DNA of 64,000 nt from contig NC_092678.1 in NCBI RefSeq assembly GCF_964355755.1, forward strand, positions 16,783,881 through 16,847,880, in the 5' to 3' direction. This document shows, in pieces, positions 46,401-58,160 of this stretch. Under the pieces are notes generated by a model. It was not told where the DNA came from. It ran no database searches and saw only the letters and a program-made list of their open reading frames with translations. Source of the stretch: Antedon mediterranea. Taxonomy: Eukaryota; Animalia; Echinodermata. Position numbers and translations under genes: made by a program. Each line of letters begins with the position of its first letter. Within the stretch, counting starts at the first letter, position 1.

Positions 46401-49400
46401 TTTTAGTCTGATCTAACAGCAGCAGACATTGCGCACTGGTCAGCGCTGTATCCAACTCTAGCTGAAAATGCTGTGCTCAGATCTGCTTATTCCAATTTGG
46501 ATACATGGTTTGATAAACTATCCCAGAATTCTGCATTTCAGTCTGCTGTTGCTATGATAACTAACAACAAAGGCGTGTCAGCATGCGCAGAGTTTCTACA
46601 AGCAAAACTATCTGTACGTGAAGTAATGATTAATGTTATGTTTTACTTAATTTTATTATATTGTTATTTATGAATTATTATTATTATTATAATAAAGAGA
46701 GACAAGTATCTTTCAAAAAATACATAAGTAGTAAAATCACCAGTCTTTCATTTCAAATATTTTTTTTTAGAATGAGAAAGATTCAATTATTGATGATTGG
46801 CTTCATGGTAAAGATGCACTGCCCAGGAATCCTATCAGGGAAAAGCCAATGTATGTATAACATTATACAGGTATTTCCTGCTTAGAAGTGAACTATACAT
46901 TTGACATACCCACGAATTCTATTTATTCTCAAGAGATTATTTTTTCCAAAGTGCGGGCAATATAAAATGTTACTTTAACTGGGTGGGAAATACAACGTTT
47001 TCAATCCTCGGAATGGTAGACATGTGATTTACATATGTAATATAACCTAATAACTCAGGTCTTGTAAGTATTCATGTACATTTTCTTTGTAGCTTGCCCA
47101 TAAAAGGTCAGCGTAATGTGCTGATCACCAGTGCCCTACCATATGTCAACAATGTTCCCCATCTCGGTAACGTTATCGGATGTGTTTTGAGTGCAGACGT
47201 TTATGCAAGGTAACGTTATTACTTTATTTTCAATATGCAATATTTTCTTCTCGGGATAACGTGAAACATAGAATTAAATTCATATTCGATCCATTTCCGA
47301 ATATTAGATTCTGCAGACTACGTGGTTACAATACATTGTACATCTGTGGTACTGATGAGTATGGCACGGCAACAGAAACAAAAGCATTGGAAGAGAAACT
47401 TACACCGCAGCAGATTTGCGACAAGTATTTTAAGTTACACCGTGACGTGTATCAATGGTTTAATATTGGATTTGACTACTTTGGAAGAACCACTACAGAA
47501 AAACAAACTGAGTAAGTGTGATCAAAAGTCAAAGGTCATGAATAATACATTTTAATGAAACAGATTCTCTAGCGCAAAACTTAACGAAATGTTAATCATT
47601 TAAAATAATATTAATACTAACTGAGTAAGTTTGATAAACTGTCTACATAGGCCTAATCAAAGTTTGTAATCTAGTAAAGAACAGGACCATAATGTAAAAT
47701 AATGTGCAATATCTATACTTGATATGTTTTTATCCTGTCTAAATATGTTTTTAAAAAAATAAACAAATAAATAATTTAAAAAAGTAAGTCTATGAAAAAC
47801 AATTTACGCAAACAGAGTAAGTAGGCCTATAAAAACCCTTTTACACAAACAGAATAAGTAGACCTATGATAACCCATTTACACAAACAGAGTTGCGTGAG
47901 TGAGTATGTTATACTGTTTACACAAACAGAATATGTTAAACTGTTTACATAAACAGATTATGATATGATAATGTATATTTTTAGAATTGCTCAAGATATA
48001 TTCTGGCGTCTTCACAAACGCAATTTTCTGCTAGAAGATACGGTTGAACAGCTTCTGTGCGAAACATGTAACCGATACCTGGCAGATAGGTTTGTAGAGG
48101 GTACCTGTCCATTGTGCAACTATGAAGATGCACGTGGTGACCAATGTGACAAATGTGGAAAACTGATTAATGCTACTGAGTTGAAGGTAACGAAATAATA
48201 CTATACATAGTAAATAAACAATAAAAGGATGTATATAAAATAAATATATTATATAAATAATATTAATGAAATGGATATTTGAGACAATTGCTCAATATAT
48301 TTCTTCTTGGTTTTGATCTTTCCTTTTTAATTACTCCATAAAGGTCGAAGTTATGTACTTTACATACAAGATAAGAAACTTTAAACTACAACTATAGACT
48401 TGCTTATGTTTTTAGAAACCAAGATGTAAAGTGTGTAATAGTTCCCCTGTTATCAGTTCATCAAAACATCTGTTTCTCGATTTGCCAAAACTTCAACCAA
48501 CACTGGAGAAGTTCCTAGAAAAGTCTATAAATGAAGGCGACTGGACACAGAATTCTAAGCAAATCACCAACTCGTGGATTCGTGACGGACTTAAGCCTCG
48601 GTGTATCACCAGAGATCTCAAATGGGGTACTCCGGTGCCGCTTGAAGGTTTCAAGGATAAAGTATTCTATGTTTGGTTCGACGCTCCTATTGGATATCCG
48701 TCAATCACAGCTAATTATACTGATGATTGGGAGAAATGGTGGAAAAATCCAAAAGAGGTAAGTAGTACTAACTAATTAATATTAATGTTTCTAGTATATT
48801 GATATTTTAACAAAATTAAGTAGATAATAATAAAAACTATAAACAAAAATTGTAATCATCTTCGTGTTAGATTAATAGATTAGAAATTATTCTAGTTCTT
48901 TAATTAGTGGGCAATCGATTTATAAATATTAAGGCATTGTGGTAGCAAAACTAGATTAACCAAATGTGGTAAAACCCGTAATACTACATATTGATCAACT
49001 GATATAAAATATTTTGTTCTCAGGTGGAACTGTACAATTTCATGGCAAAAGATAATGTCCCGTTCCACAGTGTCATTTTCCCATGCTCGCTACTGGGTAC
49101 TGACGAAGACTGGACACTCGTCAATAATTTGATTGCCACAGGTAATTTCAACTACTATGTTTATTACGTACATTCATTTTAAATCCATGAAGTTCTCGAG
49201 CCCTGGCTTTTTTTTTTAAATCCTGTCTGGATTTTCTCTCACATACTTGTTATAGTACTTTGTTTTGTATATTGTTACCATTTCATCGTCGGAACAGTGA
49301 AACATTTCGCTATGTACAATCCTTCGCAATATGCCTAAATAATATAAAAATGGTTAAATAAGTATCCTCTAAAGACCAACGTCTTTACTATGAGGATATT

Positions 49401-51677
49401 TTTGTTGTTGATTAGATTTTCTGACTTAGTGCTTGAATTTTATTAATTTTGTATGTTCTATTGTTTTTTTTTCACTCAGAGTATCTTAATTACGAAGATG
49501 GAAAATTTTCGAAAAGCAGAGGCATCGGTGTTTTCGGTACCGATGTTTTCGACACTGGCATTCCTCCAGCCATATGGCGTTTCTACCTTCTTTACATTCG
49601 TCCAGAATCTCAAGATAGTGCCTTCAGCTGGACAGATTTTGTACTGAAGAATAACACTGAACTGTTAAACAATCTCGGAAACTTTGTGAACAGGTACAGT
49701 ATGGTATTGTTAGTGAATGTCATTTGATCTTAGATAGAGTGAGTCATATGGCCGAGCGGTTAAGGCAGGGGCGCCGTTTACCGTACCTAAAGAGCCAACA
49801 ACAACATCGGCAAGGGTTCGAGGCCGACTCGCTCCTAGTTCTGGTGGTGGAACAAGTCTTCTCGGATAAGGACTATAAACCGAGGTCCAGTGTACACAGT
49901 TATAACCTGTGTGTACTTTAAAGAACCCAGTTCATTATTTGAAAAAGAGTAGGGGGTTACCCTGGTGAACTGGTTCACACAATAGCCTCTGTATCAGGGG
50001 GATTACCACCTATCTGATAGGACAGTGATTAATTCACTATTGGTAATCCTTGGCCACATTGCCTAAAGACATAAAATAAAAAAATAAAAATAGACACATT
50101 CCTACTACCCTACTTCGCAGTAGTATACATATCATGAGATTATTATAATATTTGTGTTATTTTGCATGTATACAGGGGATTGACATTCCTGGAAAAGAAT
50201 TTTAACAGTGTCGTCCCTGAAATGGTGTTGAGTGAGGATGACAAGAATGTAATAGTTTCAGTTACACAAGAGCTTAAGATTTATATTGATCTTCTAGAAA
50301 AAGTTAAGTAAGTACATATATTAACCCAATTACTATTAATTTGTGTTACTTAATGTTCAATCAATGTGTTAAAAAGTAAAAAGGTGCATTAACGTTTGAT
50401 TTTCATGTAGGATCCGAGATGCGCTTCGACAGATCCTATCAATCTCTCGCATTGGTAACCATCACCTCCAAGCTAACACGCCGTGGGATCTCATGAAAAC
50501 TAACAAAGAAGAAGACAGGTAAGTTGAAATAGCTAAGCTTAACATATCTTGTATAGAGTATCACGGTGCTGACGTCACGATAGTGGGTGGCGCTGCGTGG
50601 TTGCTAGCGCAACCAAAAATGCGTTCAACCTGCCCGAGTGACTCCAAGGTCACGAATGGTTTGGAATAGGCTTATTGAAGTAGTCACGTCATTTTAAAAC
50701 ATAATAATTTTCAATAAAAACAAATTTCAAAAGATCACTAAATATTTGTTTTTAATAATCTATTTATTCTTCAACTACAGTTTAAGTTTAAAAAAATCAA
50801 GCTAAGATACATGATTTGATAGAAACACAGATCTTTACAGTTTATCAACATAGTAGCGTTGAACACATTTTTTGGTTGGCTAGCAACCATGATGCGCTCT
50901 CTACCGTTGTGACGTCACACCGTGATACTCTTATGTAACCAAACGTTTTTAGTTTACACGAAATACATATATGCAGAAGAATATCAAAAACAAATATAAA
51001 TTACATGTATTATTCATTTACTCGATTCTCAGTGCTGTATCCCTGGTAAAATATTTGCCCATGTATCATACGAATATTTGGTTATACACCATGTCATATG
51101 GTACTTGTACCGTGTAAGATTAGGTTAAAGGTTATGTTATCATATATGATACTAGGAGATTTGAAACACATGTTATTTTGTATTATCAAATATTCCTATG
51201 ATACTGAAGAATCTAGATACATTACCGAGAATCAGATGATTCAGTATGCATATTAATGTTATCAACAAATTCAATGCTATTCATTTGAAATTTCAGAGTG
51301 AAAGCAGGAACTATTATAGGTATTGCGGCAAATATTAGCTATCTGATATCTGTTATGTTGCACCCTTACATGCCAAGTGTAAGTCAGACAATACAGGAAC
51401 AGCTGGCGGCAACCAGCTTCTCGAACTATCTCAGTGAGAAGTTTGTGTGTTACCTGCAGCCTGGACATAAAATAGGAAAGGTAATGTAGAAATTTGGAAA
51501 TAAATGTACATGTGTTAGCTTAGTGTAAGCCTAGTCTACACTAGACCCATAAACTTTATTTTTGAAAAAGTATATAAAATTATTATTTTTTTTTAATTTT
51601 AGCCATCACCCTTGTTTAATAAAATTGAAGAATCACAAGCAGAAAAGTTAAAGGAGAGGTTTTCTGGGAAACAGTAG
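43433..51677 (+). CDS. MARS1: Methionine--tRNA ligase, cytoplasmic; 16 exons, 794 aa; GST-like N-domain, no C-terminal WHEP
   Basis: Exons 43433-43541, 43965-44055, 45025-45106, 45682-45801, 46407-46613, 46771-46850, 47093-47209, 47308-47511, 47985-48186, 48416-48757, 49024-49141, 49480-49693, 50176-50307, 50411-50518, 51297-51480, 51603-51677 sum to 2385 nt. Motifs [22 protein letters not shown], Zn knuckles, [36 protein letters not shown]. Confidence 0.96.
49737..50095 (+). mobile_element. tRNA-derived SINE with Deu/Nin-like core in MARS intron 12
   Basis: A box TGGCCGAGCGG, B box GGTTCGAGGCC, core CTCGGATAAGGACTATAAACCGAGGTCC, A-rich tail; second copy at 14890-15230. Confidence 0.85.
50555..50931. 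mobile_element. PIF/Harbinger-like MITE in MARS intron 14
   Basis: ~75-bp imperfect TIRs AGAGTATCACGGTG.TGACGTCAC ... GTGACGTCACACCGTGATACTCT; 3-bp TSD TAT. Confidence 0.7.
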
Positions 51678-54479
51678 CTTCTAATCATAAAACTCCAGTT
51701 GCTGATGAAGAACAATAAATAATAATTCATTTACTTAAACATGGTTATTTTATATGATTAGATCATGTGATCACCTTCTTTAGTAACTAATTGTATGTCA
51801 GTAATACTAAACACATTTTTAGGTAGTCTCTGCCAGTGTCGGACTACCTTTAAATTTTACAAAATCTTTCTTTTTCAAGTCGATTAACCATCAATTACGA
51901 ATTAAGCATTTGATGGTTGTATTCACCTTTTATGTCTTAACATAATTTCTGCGCACTTTTTGTAACGTGCACATTTCGGTGCGTTTGTGCAGACCACAAT
52001 TCGTCAGTTGTTTTTTGTTTATCCATTATAATATCTCAATATTCCTCTAAGCTACCGGTATATGAATAGATTATTTCTCCTTGAGATTTTTATTCCGACT
52101 TTTACTTCTAACGTCAAGAACGTACCCTAATGTTATTATAATTATATACTGTCATATTTGCATAATGATAGAGAGCTTCCGATTTTCGATGACCGATGAA
52201 CTAACTACAGTAGGTCAGGTAAATCGATGTGTCACATGGACCAAGAAATTATGTATTTAGTTATTTTGTTTTATTCAGTTGACAACCAACAGCGATGAAA
52301 CCGCCACTAACAGGTTTTATCACAACTGTGTCGAGGTGGGGAGCGAGGACACGCGTTTCAATATTTCCGTAAGCGCACAATTCAATGAATTAACATGACG
52401 TAATTGTTTCGACGGTCAGCGTTTCCTAATTACAACAATGTGATCGCTAAGAATATTCTGGATTGTAACGTTCTTCAATCTCATGACATAAACAAATATC
52501 ATGTTTAGCAATACAGTAATGTATTCATGTTTGTTGTTGCGAAGATTATCTATCTATCGTGACTTTTTATGCCTTCTATTTTAGTAGAATAGATAAGAGA
52601 CATTTCTTGGATATACACTTTTAGTATATAATATATGATTATATAATCTTCGTTTTTCATGTTTTTGGAGGACAGTACATCTTTAACCCAACCATCTGAA
52701 AAATCTCTTCAACTATTAAACTTCAAATCAAAATCAAAATCAAATTAAAATGTGCAAGCCCATGTTTTGGCTGCCATGGTAGAACATCTGGAATAATTTT
52801 TTTTATTGCGAAGACAATATCAGTCTTCTTATTGTTTCCGTTATGTTTGGTATATCACAAATACATTTCAATTATTGTCAAAACCTTGTCGGATCATTAT
52901 TTATGTATTTTCTAGCTGTTTTGTTTTCATCTTTTCTTTTAATTTTCAATTGTTGTAAATAATGTTTGATTAATTTTTTAACTTCATTTTTAATTTGCAT
53001 TTAAACAAAATTTGCTTACGTTAATTTGAATATGAACAAATACAATTATGAATAAAACAGAAAATGCTGATGTTATAATTCTTTAGAGTTTATGATCTAT
53101 AAATTCATTACATTTTTGTCGTTGCATACTACACCATAAATGCACTTTTGGCGTTCCGTACATGATATACCACTAGGCTAATAAGTGTTGTTATCGCTTT
53201 CAGGGTGGCATCATCATTTTTGTTTAAATGTAAAATGTCGATAGGAACTTCTTGTATTTACGGCATTCAACTTGACAAAGGCCTATAGATCAATAATATA
53301 GTAAGTTTCGTGGCAGATTTGGAGCAGGTATGATACATATTTAATATAAATATGGTCTAAAAAAAGTGAGTTCATAGAAAGATTCAGCAAAACCTTGTGT
53401 ATGTTTATAATTTATATTATTTTTATTGTATAGCGGTGTTTTAATGTTAATACTCTATTGGGATATAATAATTAATAATGTAAACATTAATAATATTTAT
53501 TCGGTCGCCAATGAAAAATAACAAGGAGTGAGAATGCAAAAGCCCAAACAAATGCTGCACTCAATCCATACAAAACAAACAGTTCACATAAAACCTTATA
53601 TGCCATATTATGCTAATGATCGTTTCAATATAGACGTACTCAGTGATCATTGTTCCTGTTGTTTTGAATGCCTTTGGTCAAAGGTTATAGCTTTTAATGA
53701 GCTAATGGTAAGACAAATAACATGTATTTTGCTAGTGCCATTTACTATCCTCCCTCCCTCTGCAGCTGCTGGTGCGAATGAATAATTGGAACATTTCCCA
53801 ATTCTCGGTGATATTGATGACTTGAATTCTAATGATATTTGTCTTAAACTGGGTATTACGCAATTGTTTAACTTCGCAACCAGATCTAAAGCAACTTTGG
53901 ATAACACTGCTATCAATTATCAGATCTTTATTGTGAACCTAAACGCATGGTACCTAGGGGACGCACTGACCATGTGTCCATAATTCTAGAATCGCGTTAT
54001 ACTTTGAAACAAGCGACTCACGAGGCGTAACGCAGAGGCCTGAGGCTCCTTGTTTTGGAACCCTAAGTGTCCCTTCTTGGGCGTGTTTAGCCCTTTCGAC
54101 ATATTTTAAAGTCTTTTTTCCTCTGGGCACTGCTCAGATCCGGGGCCCCTGTGTTTAGCCAGTGAATGCTCATAGCCCTTGCGCAACTGCTCACTATACC
54201 ATAATCTATAGACCTTTGAAAGTTATCGTCGGTTAATAGCTTTCGCCCGTGGATTTTGAATGAATTTTGGATATACGATATGAGATTTTTTTAAAGTTCG
54301 TTCCACGGCTCAATGGCGTAAACTGAAGAACTCTGCTAAAAATGTATACTGAAAGCGAAGGAAGCTTTTTACCGAAACTCTATAAAAGATCTACGAGCGA
54401 ACAATCTATCGAAATGGAAAGTAAAACTAGAGTATAATAATATTATGTAATCTTAGATATCGACCTTCCTCTTCTATTC

Positions 54480-54750
54480 AATAATAATAATAATAATAAT
54501 AATATGAATTTTTAATGCGCCAATTCCAGCAGAATTGATCAAAAGCGGTCAGCACCAGTTGTGTCTCGGTCACCCTGGACTCCTGCCTATGTATTAAACA
54601 TCTAAATCAATCTAGGTGGCATGGTAAAGGATAAAAAAGGGATTAATATGCTTTCAAGTATGTCTTTAGAAGCCTCTTAAAAAGAGCCACTGACTGTGCA
54701 TCTTTAATGCAGTTTGGAAAAGAATTCCAAAGCATAGGAGCTGCATGCAC
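54480..54750 (-). mobile_element. L2-clade LINE 3' remnant
   Basis: AAPMLWNSFPNCIKDAQSVALFKRLLKTYL; (ATT)n tail. Confidence 0.7.
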
Positions 54751-55934
54751 GGTCACCATATGATATGGTATACTTTCTATTCTATTAATATGAGACTTCT
54801 CAATGGTGACCACATTGAACAACAATAGGTAACCACTGGAGAGTTTTGTATAGGCCAAGTTCAACAGGACATATGTTACTACATTTTAAAATGAAACCAA
54901 GCAATCTGCTTGTTTTGTCTAAACGTATTTTTGTCTCACTCTACTGTACACTTCAACACATTAATTAGGAAGATGCTAGTTGATTCTGAGAAAAGGTTGT
55001 GTTGTTGGTTTTGTTTTTTGTTTGTTTAATTTTTTTTATTTTCTTGTATTAATTTAGGGGATATTTTTTGATTTGCTTTTCTGTCATTTATGATGACTCT
55101 TTTTGATCAAGGTCTATTTTAGATTATCATGGTCTTCTTTTCTTATTTTCATTTTAAATATCAAACCAAATTCCAAGTGATATAATGTGGACTTGACATG
55201 ACGTGGCAAATATAATTGTAGGCCTACTTTAGCTGCTGCTTAGCTGAAAATCAGCCAGACATCTGCGGAATAATAATTACTTTGTAAATGACCAGAACAG
55301 TTAAACGACTGTACCACCTTATCGGCAAATGATCTTATTCATGACTATACAGTGCATCTTAAATGTGTGCCTGCTTTGCATGAATGTGGGCGTTTGTAAT
55401 TTTTTAATTTTCAGTAGTTGGTGCTCATAGTCTTTTTTTTCCTTTTCTTTTAAACATTTATACCTCAGGTTCAAACAAGCATTCATATGAAGTTTCACAT
55501 CTAACCATTCAATAACATCTAATAAATAAATAAATACCCGTTAACATTATAAACACATACATAAATATCTTACAAGTTCCCTTTATTCCCTCAATTATCT
55601 CTAGAGATGGCCTTTACCCCCTTCCTAATACTCAAAACCCAATTAAATACCATAAACAAATAAATGAATACAACAATAAATAAATAATTACTTCTATTCC
55701 AAATACACTCTACCCTAATTCCGCTATACTTGCATCATCGTTACACTTTACAATATTATTCAATTAATTTCATCCTATAAATCTCGAATTACCCTCTTAA
55801 ATTACTATCCCCATTCCCTATGATCCAATTAATACAACACTTTCTCTATCTCGTCTTATATACTTCGATTATAAATCATTCATCTTCTAATATATTTTAG
55901 TCACTAATTTTATCAATTTGTCTTATTTATGTTC

Positions 55935-56240
55935 GTTTCTTTTTCACATAATTATATAATACTCGTTAATTCATAATTCAGTATCTATTCAATATTTATA
56001 ATAACAAAACTTTGTTTCACACTATTTCTTAAATTCGTACCTTATTCTATTCTTTTTCACACATATAATATTCGTTATTTCATAATTCATCTATCTATTC
56101 CATATATATAATTACAATAAGTTGTTTCACAATATTTCTTAAATTCATATACTATTTTATTGTTTTCCACACATATAATATTTGTTATTTCATAATTCAT
56201 CTATCTATTCCATATATATATATAATTACAATAAGTTTAC
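55935..56240 (+). repeat. ~100-bp tandem repeat, 3 units
   Basis: TTCATAATTCA..TATCTATTC.ATAT.TATA recurs at ~55970, 56079 and 56189. Confidence 0.8.
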
Positions 56241-56794
56241 ACGTTGATAATGCCATGTAAGTTCCAATCAGGGGGCTATTTCACACACCAGTAGCCGTTG
56301 TATATAACATTCCACGCATTATTTCTGTAACGTCTTTCTTTAATGTCTCCAATTCAATGGTCTGTCGTACTAGTAGTAAGTTTTTCCTTTCCGTCTCGTT
56401 CAATTCCAATATCGTTACTATTCTGTACTCACAAGTGTTCTGGTTGCCAGAGTCCTTTAGTTATACATTCAATTAGTCAATCCGTTCTTCAATGTAGCCT
56501 ACCACTCAATTAACAGTCGTAAAAAGAGACCTCAGATTAGAAATTATGTCGCGTGCTCAAGTTTGAGTTAGTGTTTACCGACCGACCAACCGACCGACCA
56601 ACCAACTGTCATAGTGAGCTGTAGAGTAGAGTAAAAATACTAGAGTGGATGGTGCAATTTGCTTTAAAGGAGAAGGTGTTAGATGAAAAAGGAACTATTA
56701 TAGATTAATAAGAGGAGAAAACCAAGGACTGGAAAGAGAAAGCCCTACATGGAGATTATTTATGATATTATTAAAGAAAGGTTGTAAAACAGAA

Positions 56795-57255
56795 ATCGGG
56801 AAAAGAGTGCAAGGTTTAACGCAAAAATCTGTGCAATTATGGCAATTTTTTAAACGCTTAAAATTGCTTGAAACCTATTCTAATTTCGTCAAAAATAAGT
56901 TTTGACAATTTTATGCGCGCGTACGCATGCGTTATATGCGCTGCGCACGTAAATGTATTGCCATTATGATGAAATATGACCTGAAATTTATGAGTACCAA
57001 ATTTTTGGTGATTCATGCTTGTGAAGATATGATTACAAACGTGATTTCGTTAAATCGTGCGTAGACCACGTAATTTGTTATTGCGCACCGTGAAAACATT
57101 ACCACATCGATTCCTGGCCATAAGGAATATACTGTAAAAAATTGACTTGCTAGATGAAACTGATATCAAGACAAGGCCATATAAAGTTAGTGTTTACCGA
57201 CCGACCGACCGACCGACCGACATAGTGAGCTGTAGAGTCACGTTGCACGCGACTA
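56795..57255 (+). mobile_element. Helentron/DINE-like non-autonomous element
   Basis: Homologous to 5832-6213; (CCGA)n; terminal hairpin AGTCACGTTGCACGCGACT. Confidence 0.7.
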
Positions 57256-57980
57256 AAATTACGTTGCATTATTTCACTGCGCGTTTTGTGTGTAAGTGTA
57301 AGTGTATAGAGTGGTTATCTATAGAAAAGCGTATAGTATTTAAGATAATGGTACAGGTTTACCAATCTATAAGCGCGGTGAAATATATTATCTGTATATC
57401 AAAGAGAGTCTCATTATGTTTGAGCCATGTAGATCTTAGGTCATCCACTGATGTTACCATGGCTATATGTTCCACAAGTCCAGCTCTGGAATGACTTTTA
57501 ATTAAATTTAATATTTGTCAGACATCAATACTCAATTCTTAAACAAAAATTAAAATTAAATCTCTGAGTTTAATTACCTGGATGGCCTGGTAACGTCTGT
57601 AAAGGACCTGAATTGCATTTTGTGTTGGTATTTTTCTGTTTGTTTTTGTTTGGTGTGAACAATTTTGCTAGTGTCAAATCGCTATGTCTATAGCGATTAA
57701 TAAACAAATTAAGAAAAGAAAACTGTTCGTCCAATGGATGGATCAATCGTTTTGAATCCAATTTTAAAAGAAGATATAAATCGATTACAAAGTATTCAAA
57801 ATCACTATTTGAATCTATGTTCTTCTACAAAATAATTTTATAGATACCGAATATTTTAGTATCATTCATACTGAACAATAAGGGTCACATTAATAATTAT
57901 GTTTTGATACAAAGAGTTGACTTTTTCTCATAGATTCTCTCATGTTGCTGACCGTTTAAAAATTAGTTAATAAGAAATTC

Positions 57981-58160
57981 TTTTTTTTTTCTTTTGTGGT
58001 TAACCACCACCTTTATCACATTCAATGTTTCATAAACAACAATTACAGAATTTCTTATCTTTATCCTTTTTAATATTAAAATAATTTAATATTTTGGACT
58101 ATACGTAGTACCACTTAAAACAATATTTTGTTAACAAATTCCAATATTTATTAATATTGC
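57981..58160 (-). mobile_element. Tx1/L1 3'-end fragment
   Basis: T10-CTTTTGTGGTTAACCACCACCTTTAT matches the 3' end of the Tx1 element at 11179. Confidence 0.65.

Noticed and set aside
49737-49835. tRNA gene at the SINE head
   Set aside because: A and B boxes are present but there is no cloverleaf; it runs into a SINE body and tail, with a second copy at 14890.
53528-53983. Short ORFs between MARS and MAT as missing MARS C-terminal exons
   Set aside because: No WHEP-like sequence; 53786-53983 looks more like a decayed LINE endonuclease remnant (TRSKATLD).
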